Translations under genes and position numbers: made by a program | Source: Callorhinchus milii | Lineage: Eukaryota | DNA length: 64,000 nt | Assembly (NCBI RefSeq): GCF_018977255.1 | Contig: NW_024704742.1 | Span: forward strand, 70,744,001-70,808,000 | Direction: 5' to 3' | Notes under the pieces: generated by a model | Seen by the model: the letters and a program-made list of their open reading frames with translations, nothing else | The model's database searches: none | What the model was told of the DNA's origin: nothing | Shown here: one piece after another, positions 12,523-24,731 of the stretch | How the letters are laid out: every line of letters begins with the position of its first letter | Numbering within the stretch: the stretch's first letter is position 1

Positions 12523-14289
12523 TATGTGCGTGACAACCAATTTGTGTACAGCAATGTCCCACAAACCGCCACAAAGCGAATAACTGAGTTTACCTACCCT
12601 GCAAATCCTATTCATTATATAGTGATAATCCGTGCCTTTTCAAGTGTAGTGACTATGTGCTGCAAACAATATTGCCAGGCTTCAAAAAACAGGAAGACAG
12701 ATCTCAGTTTAACGTTTCATCTCAAAAATTGTATTTGCAACATACAACGTGTTTCACGAGACGTTAAAGCAAGGTCCCATCTTTGCCTGTTCAGGTGGAT
12801 GGATGTTAAAGATCCCGCAGCTCTATTGGAAATGAGAAGGGAATTTCTCTCTCTCCTGGTGTCCTGGCCAATAATCCCCCAGATAAAATCAGTTACTCAT
12901 CTCACTGCTGTTTGCGGGACGCTGCTGTGTGCAAATTGTCTGCTGCATTTGCCTATAAAACACACAGTCACTACACTTCACAGAAAAACTTGGTGAAACA
13001 TAAGGCATTGTGTCAAATTATAACTTGTATTAGTACTTTGCAACTATTAATAAATGTAACATTACTAAATTAGAAAATAACATGCAAACTGCATTTTCCC
13101 ATGCATATAATAATCCTTTAATAATAACAAATAATAATCCTTTAATAATAATAATCCCAGGATTTGATATAACAGTTTATCAAGTCATTGAGACACCTCC
13201 AAGTGCTTCACAGAATATACTATAACGTGAATTGACTGTATATTTGTGGGCGAAACGCCAATTGCGCACAAGTGTCCCACAAATACTCGTGGAATGAGTA
13301 ACCAAATTTTTTTTTGAGGGATTTATTACCCCTGGAATGTGATCTTCCAATCGACTAACAACTGGGTTCCTATTTACTGCTTGATAAACAGAGGTGTGTG
13401 GAGTAAGAAAACCTGCCTAAGGTTTCACCCTGCCCGGGAATTGAACCCGGATCCTCCCCCTTGCGAGGCGAGCGCTCTAACCAATATGTTTTGTGTTTTG
13501 CAGTAGTTTGTTAATTGTTTACCATTCAGAGAGAGGTGCAAGTGCCACACACAGCCAAGAACCACAGGTGTGTGAGGCTGAGCCACCATCAGGTCAACAG
13601 TGCCATCTCGTGGTTATTTCTCTATAGCTCACCCAGTCCCAACTACATGAAACAGGCTGCAATGAACCTTATAATTTAACATGAAATTATAACAAATAAA
13701 AATAATAATCATCGCATTTGAAACATGGCAGCCAATTGCACATGCAATATCACACAAACAGCAGTGAAGTGAGTGGCCAATTTTTTTTAATCAGAGGGAC
13801 TGTTGGCCAGAATAACGGGAGAGAAACCCCTTTCTCTTTTCGAATAAATTCATAATAATCCTTGCATTTGATACAGAGGCTTTCACATCAGGAGATTGTC
13901 CCAAGGATGTTACTATAAAGGGTAGTGACTGTATATTTTGTAGCTGAATGCAACAGCAAATTTACACGCTGCAATGTTCCCACAAACAAGCACAAAGTAA
14001 ATGATTGTGTTTGGGGGATTGTTGGCCAGGACACCAGGGGAGAGAGAGAGAGAGAGAAACTCCCTTATTTTCAAATTGTGATTCAGAATCTTTACCTTCC
14101 ATCTGAACAGGAGCAGATGGGTTATAATAATAATCCTTGCATTTAATATAGTGCCTTATCACATCTTCAAGACGTCTCAAAGCACTTCACAGAATATACT
14201 GTAAAGTGAATCACTATATTTTGTGGGCGAAAAGCAGAAGCCAATTGTGCACAGCAGTGTCCCGAATTGAGTGACCAAATTATTTTCGT

Positions 14290-15060
14290 AATTTATAAGT
14301 AGAGCAGAGGCAGTGGGTAGTGTTGGGGGGAGAGGAGGTTGGAGAGAAAGTGGGGAGCCAAGGCGTGGAAGGATTTAAACATTAGAGTGAGGATCTTGAA
14401 GTTGATCTGCTCTGTGACGGGAGCCAGTGGAGTTTAGTAAGAGCTGGTGTAATCGGGGTGTGGAGTTTAGTGCGGGTGAGAATGGGGCGGCGGAGTTCTG
14501 GATGAGCTGAATTTTGTGAATAGTGGAGGAGGGGAGACCAGCGAGGAGGGTATTAGAGTAGTGCAGCCGAGAGGTGATGAACGCATAGACAACGGTTTCA
14601 ACAGCTAGTGGAGTGAGGTATTGTCGGAGACGGGCAATGTGGCGGAGATGGAGGAAAGCGATCCTGGCCAGGGACCAGATGTGGGGGAGGAAGGGTAACT
14701 GGGGATCGAACCTGACGTCTAAGTTGTGCACGGGTTCAGAGTTTTAAGGACAGATCGGGTAGGTTGAAGAGTTCTGAACCGCAGGACAGACGTTGTTGAC
14801 GGGAGCCAGAGTATGGCTTCTTGCTTGTTGACATTTAATTGCAAGAACTTTGTGCTCATGCAGCTATTTACCATCCAGACAAGCTGTCAGAACATCAGAG
14901 CAGCTGGAGAAGTAAAGTTGAGTGTCATCCGAACACATGTGGAAGTTATCTCAGTGTCTGTGGATGAAGTCACCGAGAGGAAGCATATAGATGAGGATGA
15001 GAAGAGCCTTGGGGTAGCCTACAGGTGACCAGGTGGGGGTGAGAAGAGAAACCATTTAGG
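14290..15060 (-). mobile_element. Decayed L2 LINE RT fragment
   Basis: ORF 14375..14731 (LRHIARLRQYLT...FITSRLHYSNTLL...IQNSAA) is homologous to the 10010-10657 L2 segment; FHMCSDDTQLY-like remnant near 14920-14945. Confidence 0.8.
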
Positions 15061-15983
15061 GGCCAGAGAGGTTCACTGCAGCAACAATAACTTACGGTAA
15101 TAATCCTTGCATTTAATACAACCTTTCCTGTCGAAAGGACGTCTCAAAGTGCTTCACCGGGATTCACTGCCAAGTGTAATGACTGTGTACTTTGTAGGAA
15201 AAGAGGGCAGCCAATTTGCACACAGCAACGTCCCGCAACCAGCCATGAAGTGAATGATCGATATATAAGGCGTTAGCCTGGCTCACGTGGCAGGACTCAA
15301 CAACTTGCAATTATATATAGCTCCCTTTCCTATATATATATATATCTGCTTTAACTGTTCGCTCCCTCTGCTCAGCGGGCTCCAACCATGTGTTCCTCCT
15401 CCCACAACCACCACCCCACCATCGGCAGTTGGGCCTTCAGCCTCTTTGCCCCCACAACTCCATCCTGCAATCACTTCACCTCGCTCCCTTCAAGGCCCGT
15501 TTCAAGACCTTCCTCTTTGACTACGCCTTCGGTCATCCTCCTATCCCCGTTCTCCCTGCCCTTCACCCCTCCTGATCCCAACTCTCAGCTTGGGTTCAAA
15601 TCCTTGACTGTCCAGAGTCTTGGGATGTCCTCCTGACATGAAACATGCTATATAAATGTAATCTGTTGTTGTTTGTGTACAGCAGCATCTCAAGAGTGTC
15701 ACTCTCACCTCTGAGTCAGGTTTGTGAGTTCGAACTCCATATTGTGGACTTTGAACTCACAGTCTAGACCGATGCTCTAATGCAGTGCTGGGGGGGGGGG
15801 GTGAGTGATGAATTACCAGACATGCTGTCCTCCGTATGAGACATGGAGACGAGGAGGTCCGTTGTGCCCTGCTCAGGTGGACGTTGAGAAAGTGCAGAAG
15901 GAAAAGTGTATAAATAGCCTCAATCCCAACCAACGCACTTTGTAACGTATCAAAGATTGACAAGCCTGTAATCATTTCAAAAT

Positions 15984-15989
15984 TTTATT
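15984..15989 (-). promoter_or_regulatory. Candidate polyadenylation signal (AATAAA) for the RNF145-like transcript
   Basis: AATAAA on the minus strand ~1.25 kb past the stop codon, in non-repeat AT-rich sequence. Position-based only. Confidence 0.3.
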
Positions 15990-17245
15990 ATCCATTACTT
16001 TATACAAAACCAAACACCTTCCCCACCACCCTGAAAATTTCAAGCCTTCTGGTGAGAACATTGACGCAATGGCGGGGTGGTGTGGGGGGCTGCCTGGAAA
16101 GATACCCCTAATTAATGGATGGATGAATCGATTGATGGATTTATACCTGCATTTGATATAATGCCTTATCACGTCATTGAGACGTCTCAAAGCGCTTCAC
16201 AGAATGTACTGTAGTGGATTGACTGTATTTGGTGGGCAAAATGAGGCAGCCAATTGTGCACAGGTTTCGCCCCGCCTGGGAATCGAACCCAGGTCCTCTT
16301 GCTTGCAAGGCAAGCACGCTAACCACTACACTACAGGACTCCACAGTTAAGTAGATTAGCGAGTAGAGACCATTCGGAAACACAGTTGTAAGCGGCGTTT
16401 ACATGCTGGGGAACCGGGATACAGAGGGATGATGGGTCTGAGGCTAAGATGAGTCAAATTTCCGAGCACTGAGCTGGGTTGAATTGTGTGTTATCACAGC
16501 TCAGACCTTTGCTGAGAGACTTCTTTAGTGGTGCTGGGGAAGGGAGTGAGGGGGTGGCTGGGTATAAATGGATCTCAAGGTTATTTCCAAACTGCTGAAT
16601 TGGGGAGAAGGAAATAATGTCCCACAATAATGGAGCATTTGGTGACTCATGAAAACTGTGTATACTGGGCAGACAGATGTGGAACTCTGAGTCTAGTTTG
16701 AAGACAGATAACACATGGTGATGGGTGAGGAGATGATTGATGGCTGAGTCAAAGCAACACAAGAATCTGCCCGGTTTCCCATTGATTGAGAGTCCCTGAG
16801 AGGCAATGAATCGGGGCCACTTGCTTGGATCGGGGACTGTGACTGTGTGTGCGGGGTGTCGAGCCAGGAGACAAGGCAGGAGGTGGGGCATTGGTGAAGT
16901 ATGGAATTAAAACAGTGGCAACACAACTTGTCCAGAAGTTCAAACTGCAGTTGTGTACAAACCAAAGCTATCCCCACTCTGTTTCTCTCTTCTCTCCAAT
17001 CTCTCCCCCTCTCCACTCTTCCCTACATCTCTCCACACTTCTCTCCCTCTCTCGCAACCTTCTCTCTCTAGTTTCTCCCTCTTTCCTCACACTCTGTCTC
17101 CCCCCAATCTCCTCTCTCTCCATTCTTCCACTCCCTCTCTCTCCCTCTCCTCCTGTGCGCCCCCCACACACATACCCACACGCACACCCACACACGTTAA
17201 GAGTTTTTTTGTGCTAAAAGTCTGAAAAGAAAAAAAAAATCAGGA

Positions 17246-17866
17246 TCATCTGTCCTGGGAACGATTGTCTTCAGAATCCGGGATTGCTCCTGAGAGGCCG
17301 GGCCGTCCGGAGAGATGGGACCATTCCCGACTTTCGTCAGGCTCAACAGGAATGGGATTAACCCTGCGCTGGGAACTCCGAGCCTCCGTGTCCCTTTCCC
17401 GGTTTTCCCTGGGTTCAGGTTTGAGGCCCAGCGACATGCTCGCAGGCTGCTGCTCAGTTACCGACAGGAACACCACCTCTTCCACCCTCCTGTTTCTTTC
17501 CTCTTCCCCGTCCCGTTCCAGCGTTCCCGCTGCTTCCTTCAGGAAATCCTGTGTCTCATCGCGGGTAGCGTCCGAAATCCAGCCACAGGCTTCTCCTCCG
17601 GCTCTGGGCCCCGGGTCCTCAGCACCAGTTTGCTGGCGAGGCCTCTCCACCAATCCCTCAGCCTCCCCTCCCCCCTCAGCAGGCAGAGGGGCTTCAGGCT
17701 GCTCTACGGCCCCGGCCTGCTGAGGGGCCCCCAGCCCCTCCCCCGGGACAGTGGGTTTGATGGGCTGGTGGCACATGGGGCAGGTTTTCTGCACATAAAG
17801 CCACTTGCGGAGACATGAGGAGTGATAGTAATGGCCACATTTGGTGATGACGGCACTTCTCAACTC
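17246..17866 (-). CDS. RNF145: RNF145-like terminal coding exon: rest of RING-H2 (ELRSAVITKCGHYYHSSCLRKWLYVQKTCPMCH) plus low-complexity C-terminal tail
   Basis: ORF 17246..17863 extended to the acceptor at 17867-68. Completes the C3H2C3 RING-H2 pattern; TGA stop at 17246-48. Confidence 0.95.
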   Translation of the reverse strand, partial: ELRSAVITKCGHYYHSSCLRKWLYVQKTCPMCHQPIKPTVPGEGLGAPQQAGAVEQPEAPLPAEGGGEAEGLVERPRQQTGAEDPGPRAGGEACGWISDATRDETQDFLKEAAGTLERDGEEERNRRVEEVVFLSVTEQQPASMSLGLKPEPRENRERDTEARSSQRRVNPIPVEPDESREWSHLSGRPGLSGAIPDSEDNRSQDR

Positions 17867-18320
17867 CTAGGAACAAACAGAGATACATACATGCCATCAT
17901 CATGGCACCTACATCACGTCTGTGCTGGTGCTCACTCCCCCATTGGAGCTCTCTACTCTAATCCCATCCCCCCATTGGGGGGTTGGGGGGGGGAGAGGGG
18001 AGAGAGTGAGAGAGAAGTGGGAAGACGGGGGAAAAGAGAGATGGGGAGAAGGGGAAAACAGAGGAGAAGAGAGAGGAATGGGGAGACGGGGGAGGGAAGG
18101 GGGAGAAAGAGTGACGGGGGAACAGACAGAGAGAAAGGGAAAGATGGGCGGAAAAGAGAGATATATAGAGGGAGAGAGAGAGAGAGAGAGAGAGGAAGAG
18201 GGATGGTGAGACTGGGAAAGAAAAAGTTGGAGAGATGGGGGAAAAAATAGAGAAAAACACAGCACACACATGGGGAAGAGAGACAGAGAGGTGAGGAGCT
18301 GGGGTTGGGTGGTCACTGAC

Positions 18321-18677
18321 CTGATAACAGATGGCACACACGTCAGCATGCTGTGTGAGCTGGTGAGGGGTGGCATGGGGGAGGGCACTGATTTTCCGTG
18401 AGGCCTCTCGACGCAGCAGGAAGCTGCTCCAGCCGGAGCGCGCTCGCAGCCACACGTTGAAGTAGGAGTGAACCACGATAACGGAGGCTCCCATCCAGCT
18501 CCACTCTCCCCACAGCGACTCGGCTGCCCCGTACCCCACCACGCACACTGCCACCACAAACTCCAGCACACAGCACCCGCTGTTCACATAGTAAATCACA
18601 TCGTCGATGCTCTCCGCGGAGTCCTGCCGCAAGTCCTCAGTCATGAAGAGAACGTAGATAAAGAGAGTCCCCGTCAC
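18321..18677 (-). CDS. RNF145: RNF145-like coding exon (VTGTLFIYVLFM...HSYFNVWLRARSGWSSFLLRR...HADVCAICYQ)
   Basis: Lies in ORF 17958..18677; contains the first RING cysteine pair CAIC. cacag/gtcag boundaries; 357 nt, phase 0/0. Confidence 0.96.
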
Positions 18678-18801
18678 CTGTGGGGGGAGATGGTGAGATC
18701 AGGCTTTAGAGACACAATAAAGCTCTACACTGTCCGCACACACTCCCAGGACAGTTACAGCACAGGTTGGAGATATCCCCAGTGCCATCCCCCCCCGTTA
18801 C

Positions 18802-18949
18802 CTGGAGTGCTGTCAGAGCGCTGCTGGAGACGATGATGAGGAGCCAGAAATCCATCTGAAAGAAGTGTGAAATCTTGTAGGCCATGTAGGAGGGGAACAG
18901 GAGCAGGAACAGGCACATGGTGACAGCACGGAAATGCTTCCAGAAAGTT
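18802..18949 (-). CDS. RNF145: RNF145-like coding exon (TFWKHFRAVTMCLFLLLFPSYMAYKISHFFQMDFWLLIIVSSSALTALQ)
   Basis: Lies in ORF 18706..18957; matches WKHFRAVSLCLFLLVFPAYMAY...MDFWLLIIISSSILTSLQ. cacag/gtaac boundaries; 148 nt. Confidence 0.95.
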
Positions 18950-19218
18950 CTGTGCAACAGGACACAAGGTGGGTCACAACCAAACTCACTATGCTAACAC
19001 TCTCACCTGTATCCCCCCGAATACCCCCTCTCTCCAACCTCAAATCCACGCCCTTGCTCCCTCAAGCCCACACCCTCACACGCCCCCCCCCCCCACTAAA
19101 CCCACCCATCTCCAAGGAGAGGCCGCTTAACCCCCAGGAGAATAGTCACGAGTTGGTCGTTAAAACAATCGGCAGGCATGGGTTGGAGCCTTCATTGGGG
19201 ATGGTAGGTATTACTCAC

Positions 19219-19401
19219 CGGTTCCTGGAAGCTCCCAGTGCCAGGACAATGGGGTCGGTAATCTCCAGCATTGACTGCAGGACTGAGGCCACGATGATGA
19301 AGAGGATGATGCTGAGGAGGAAGGTGCGTTGGAGGACCTGCAGCATCATCAGCTCCGTCTGAAGGGCCAGCAGCAGGAAGGTAATGCCTTCGGTCACCCC
19401 C
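19219..19401 (-). CDS. RNF145: RNF145-like coding exon (GVTEGITFLLLALQT...SMLEITDPIVLALGASRNR)
   Basis: Lies in ORF 19215..19409; near-identical to the RNF145 FLLSIILFIVVASILQSMLEIADPIVLALGASR segment. tacag/gtgagt boundaries; 183 nt. Confidence 0.95.
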
Positions 19402-20777
19402 CTGTACACACAAAACAGCCATCAGCCCACTCAGGGTGAGTTCTTAAAGCACCTCACAGTTGCTCTCTCATACGCAGGTCAAACTGGCTCAATGGGTCAT
19501 CTCTTGTACTCCATCCAATTTTTTCCTTTGTTTTGCTTTCCCTGCCCCTCCTCTGTTTATCTTTATAAGCTGCTCCCTTCCATCACCCCCCAAATCTGAT
19601 AAAAGGTCATCGACCTGAAACGTTGTCTCACTTTCCTCTCTTGATAGATGCTGCCTGACCTGCTAGATGTTCCCAGCGACTTCTGTTTTTTATTTAGCTC
19701 AACGGGAAATTGGAAAATTTCCTGAGTCCCCCAACATTGGCTCCCAATACTTGCCACCCCCTACAACCTCGTTCAGAAGTTCTAGTTAAGCCCCAACAAA
19801 GTTTGTTTTTAAAAGCACAGAGATTTTATAATAATTCTTGCATTTGATAAAGCACCTTATCACGTCTTCGAGACGTCTCAAAGCGCTTCACAGAATATAC
19901 TGTAAAGAGAATTGACTGTATAAATTGCGGGCGAATCGGGGCAGCCAATTGCACACAGCAGTGTCCCACAAACAGTCGTGGATTGAGTGACCAATTTATC
20001 ATTATATTTTTTTGAAGGAATTATTACCCCCGAAAAGCAATCTGCCAATCAACTAACAACCAGATTCCTACTTACTGCGAGATAAACAGAGGTGGGTGGA
20101 GTAAGGAAACTTGCCTAAGGTTTCACCCCGCCGGGAATCGAACCCAGGTCTCTTGCTTGTGAGGGGAGCGCTCTAACAACTCTAGCCATTAACCACTGAG
20201 CTACAGGACTCTACTTTATGCCAGAGTCCGAATATTGTCACCCACCCCCTACACTCTAGCTTTTCTCTCCTCCCTGCTCTCCTCCGTCCTCCTCCAACTC
20301 TCGGTCGCCATACTCTATTTCTCACCCGCACTAAACTCCGTAGCCCTATCAAACCAGGCTCCACTGGCTCCCTATCACCAAATTATCGATTTCAAGATCC
20401 TCATATTTATTGTCAAATCCCTTCATGCCCTGGCACGTCCCTACATCTCCGACCCGCCTACTCCCCAACCCGCTGCCTTCGCTCGACTGGCTCCAGCCTC
20501 TTCATGTCCCTCATGCCCTCAGTTTCACCATTGGTGACCACACTTTCAGCCACTTCGCCCCAAACTCTGGAATGCGCTTCCTCTATCACTCCACCTTGCC
20601 CCCTCCTTCCCCATCTTCTAGTCCCACCTGAAGATCCTCTTCTTTTAACGTGCCTACGGTCACCTCCCTCCTGGCTCAATGCCATGCTCAATGCCAGGCG
20701 CAGCCACTGTCAAGCACTCTGAGACACTACCCTGCACAACAGGCACTAAATAAATACAAGTTGTTGTCACTGTTCAC

Positions 20778-20918
20778 CTGTGCATGAGGTTCTCGTTTAC
20801 GAACGCAGAGAATCCCTGTAGATAGAACTTGCATAGAGCGAGCAATCCCAGAGACAGCCGGGAGACAGTGAAGGTCAGACCCACCAGAGAGTACGGGGTA
20901 GCACAGCACTCAGCCACA
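20778..20918 (-). CDS. RNF145: RNF145-like coding exon (VAECCATPYSLVGLTFTVSRLSLGLLALCKFYLQGFSAFVNENLMHR)
   Basis: Manual translation; matches IAECCSTPYSLLGLVFTVS...LCKFYLQG. tgcag/gtgaa boundaries; 141 nt. Confidence 0.93.
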
Positions 20919-21848
20919 CTGCAAGTGACAGAGAGAGTCACACAGCATTAACAATAATAATAATGCTTGCATTTGATAGAACGTCTCCTTCTGAGCTGTA
21001 ACATTTTTACAGTGATTCAAATTTATGACAGTGCAGAATCACAGGATTGGAAAAAATAAGGGAGTCTCTCTCTCTCCCCCCCTACCACTCTCTTCTATCT
21101 CTCTCTCCCTCCTCCTTCTCTCCCTCCCTTCTCACTCCCTCCCTTCTCCCTCCCTCCTCTCTCCCTCCCTTCTCCCTCCATCCCTCCCTTCCTTCTCCCT
21201 CCATCCCTCCCTCCATCCATCCCTCCCTTCCTTCTCCCTCCATCCATCCCTCCCTTCCTTCTCCCTCCATCCCTCCTTTCCTTCTCCCTCCCTCCCTCCC
21301 TTCCTTCTCCCTCCCACCGCCTCGTTTCTCCCCTCTCTCTCCCGTTTCCCTCCCTCTCTTCCCCCCACCCCCCAAGTGTCCTGACTGATAAATCCCCAAC
21401 TAGCTCATCCATTCTATGTCTTCCTGCAGGACATCGCTTCAGGCAAAAGTGTATGCTCACAGTAACTGCAGTTGGAGTGGCCAGCATTGGCGGTCAGGGG
21501 CTCAGCCTCTCTACTCCATCCTTCGGACTCCATTCCAGAATCCCTTTGCCTTCCACCCTCTTTTGCCTCCTTCAAGGCCTGTATCAAGACCCTCCTCTTT
21601 GATCTTCCTGGGTCTTCCTTCTCCCTGCTCTCCACCCCTCCTGATCCTAACCCACAGCTCGGTTCCAAATCTCTGACTGTCCAGTACCTTGGGACGACCT
21701 CTCAACGTGAAAGGCCTGATACAAATGTAATTGGTTGCTGTTGTTGGAGGCCATTAACAGTGCTGTTGGGACATTATAGCCTCGGTGTCAAAGGACAGAG
21801 ATCGTTCCTAAACCTCAATGTGCACTGGGGGTGGAGGGTTAGGGTTAC

Positions 21849-22024
21849 CTGGTGAGGAAGATGAAGACGAGCCCTTCGTGTGAAGAGTTCTGGGCATGGG
21901 ATGAGAGGTAGAAGTAGAGCTGTGTGGCGAACAACACCAGCCAGAACACAGTGAGGAGCGAGGGAATCACAAAGCGGTTCCACAAGGTTAGTCCCAGAGA
22001 CAGGAAACCGAATAGTTCCACTTC
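21849..22024 (-). CDS. RNF145: RNF145-like coding exon (EVELFGFLSLGLTLWNRFVIPSLLTVFWLVLFATQLYFYLSSHAQNSSHEGLVFIFLTS)
   Basis: Manual translation; matches the RNF145 LWNQLVVPVLFMVFWLVLFALQ region. ctacag/gtaacc boundaries; 176 nt. Confidence 0.92.
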
Positions 22025-23085
22025 CTGTAGAGGAACACATACCGGTGTCAGCCTGGCACACTCAATAGCACTCCCACCTCTGTGTCACAATGTAATAATA
22101 ATCTTTGCATTTGATATAGCACCTTATCATATTATCTCAAAGCTTCACAGATTATGGTGTAAAGTGGATTGATTGTATTTTGTGGGTGCAACATAGCAGC
22201 CAATTGCGCACAGCAGTGTCCCACAAACATTCACGGATTGAGTGACCAATTTTCTTTTGAAGGATAATTACCCCTGGAAAGCGATCTGCCAATCGACTAA
22301 CAAAAGGGTTTCTATTTACTGCTCGATAAACAGAGGTGTGTAGAGCAAGGAAACTTGCTTAAGGTTTTGCCCTGCCCAGAAGTCGAACTCGGGTCCTCTC
22401 ACTTGCGAGGAGAGCGCTCTAACCAAGACACTACAGGACTCTACATTATAATACCCTTATTCTGGATTCCCTTACCAGAGGAAACAGTTTCTCTGGAGCT
22501 ACCCTATTGAATTCCTTTATCATTTTAAACACCTCAATCAGATCACATATCAATCTTATAAAATACATTAATAATCCTTTTATTCGATATAGTGTCTTTC
22601 ATGCAATCGAGACGTCTCAAAGCTCTTCATAGGATATATTGTAAAGTGGATTGGTTGTGTGTTTTGTGCACTAAAATGCACCATCCAATAGCACACAGCA
22701 GTATCCCACAAACAGTCATGGATTGAGTGACCAAATTATTATTATTAATTATTATTTTTTAAGGGATTAATTACCCCCAGAAAGCGACCCCCCAATCGAC
22801 TATCAAACTGGTTCCTACTTACTGTTAGTCAAACACCTTCTAAATTCATGGGAATACAAACGAAGTTCATGCAACCTGTGCTCGAATTTTATCCCTTTAA
22901 GCCCTGGTATCATTCTAGTGAATTGCTTTGGGACGATATGAAAAGCGCTGTATAATAATAGTAATCATAACCCATGCATTCGATATAGCGCCTTATCACT
23001 TCATTGAGACACCTCAAAGCGCTTCACAGAATATACTGTAAAGTGAAACGACTGTGTAAGTGTGACTTAAATTGTGCTGACCTAC

Positions 23086-23321
23086 CTGCATGACCTCCCG
23101 ATAGCCAGCCTTGGCCAGGTAATAGGGGACGAACATGTTCGAGGTGAGGAAAAGGAGCACCTCGAGGCTACTGAAGACAAAGGCCAGTTTGCTGAGGAGC
23201 AGCAGGGTGGAGAGGGGCACCATACAGACCCTGGCCAGCAATGGGAGCAGGTGGGCCGAGAACAGCCACAACTGTCTGGTCCTCATAAAGAAAGTGCAGA
23301 GAGAGCAAACCAGGAGCTGGC
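23086..23321 (-). CDS. RNF145: RNF145-like coding exon (GQLLVCSLCTFFMRTRQLWLFSAHLLPLLAR...AKAGYREVMQ)
   Basis: Lies in ORF 23014..23352. Strong match to RNF145 GQLVVCTLCSCVMKTKQIWLFSAHMLPLLAR. Acceptor ttgcag, donor gtaggt; 236 nt. Confidence 0.95.
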
Positions 23322-23985
23322 CTGCAAAGCAAGGTGAAGAGATTAATAACATTAATAATCATCCTTGCATTTGATATAGCACCTTATCATGTCGTCGAGA
23401 TGTCTCAAAGCTGTAAAGTGGAGTGACTGTGTATTTTGTGGGAAAAACATGGCAGTGTCCCACAAACAATCGTGCATCGCGTGACCACATTTTTTTTAAA
23501 AGGGAACGCGATCTACCACTCAACTAACAACTAGGTTCCTAATTACTGCTAGTCGAACCCGGGTCCTCTCGCTAGTGAGGGGCGCGCGCTCACCACTATG
23601 CTACAGGACTTCAAAATAACAATAATTTTGTTTAATAGTATTAGGGATTAGTAATAATATCAATAATATTACTTGCATTTGATTTAATGTCTTAACATGC
23701 TGTCGAGAATCTCAAAGTGATTCACACTGTAAAGTGGATTGACTGTATTTTGTGGGCGAAACACAGCAGCAGCAGTGTTCCACAAACAGCCATGCAGTGA
23801 GCAACCAATTTTATTTGGGGGATTGTTGGCCAGGACATCAGGAGAGAGAAACTCCCTTCTCTTTTCGAATCGTGCCATGGGATCTGAACACGCAAACAAG
23901 GCCTCGATTTAACGTCTTATCTGAAGGACGGCACCTCCGACCAGGCAGCACACAGCCAGCACTGCATTGGAGTGTCAGCCTAAAC

Positions 23986-24364
23986 CAGTAGTGGCCAACC
24001 TGTGCAACCTGTGGCTCGTGGGCCGGAAGTGTCCTCTTGGTGCAATCCGTAAACGACCCCCAGAACATTTGCACTAATCTAGGTAAATTCCTGTTCGATT
24101 AGTAGTATGTTTCTTGTCTTTTCTTGATTGAATCTTTCTTTATTCATGGGATAAAACAAGAAATATTCAACCAAGAAAGTTTGTTTGGCAACATCTATAG
24201 AGAAAAATAGATGCCATAGATCTCCATAGATGCTGCCTGACCTGCTGAGTGTTCCCAGTGATTTCTGTTTTTGTTTTAGATTTCCAGCATCTGCAGTATT
24301 TTGCTTTTGTTTATAAGAAAGTTTGTTTGTTTTGTTATCCGACCATAAAGATTGGCCACCACTG
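23986..24364. mobile_element. hAT (Charlie-like) non-autonomous element inside a Deu-type SINE in an RNF145-like intron
   Basis: TIR CAGTAGTGGCCAAC / ATTGGCCACCACTG. Degenerate 8-bp TSD GCCTAAAC / TCTTAGAC. The host SINE resumes after 24372. Confidence 0.75.
24188..24314 (+). mobile_element. Penelope-type terminal-repeat fragment with inverted 5' piece
   Basis: 15-bp direct repeat AAGAAAGTTTGTTTG at 24173-87 and 24315-29. Body agatgctgcctgacctgctgag...ttccagcatctgcag is shared with 19645-19695 and 42588-42625. Confidence 0.6.
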
Positions 24365-24639
24365 TCTTAGACAAGTTCAAGTCCCGACGTGAGATTGGAA
24401 TCCACAACCTCCTGACTCTCACAACCATGAGAGCACTACCGACTGAGCAGCACGATCTTAACAGGGCATCTTATATCCCCCAATTATTTCTTCTCCCCTC
24501 CACCACCACTATACTATAAGCCTTACAATCATATAAGGCCTGTTGGTGCCATCCAAATCAAGACGCCAACACATTCCCCCAACATATTCCTCCACACTAC
24601 CCTTCATCAGTTTCCCACTCCTGCCCCCCCACCACTGAC

Positions 24640-24731
24640 CTGTTAAAGTTGTGAGAAACCGCTGCAGAGCTGCTGTATCCCTGTGTACAGCCCCTTCGTA
24701 CCCGTATTCCATCTCACGCAGAACGTAATTC
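24640..24731 (-). CDS. RNF145: RNF145-like coding exon (NYVLREMEYGYEGAVHRDTAALQRFLTTLTG)
   Basis: Similar to RNF145 DYVRSELEFAYEGPMYLEPLSMNRFTTALIG. AG/GTCAG boundaries; 92 nt; phase fits both neighbours. Confidence 0.9.
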
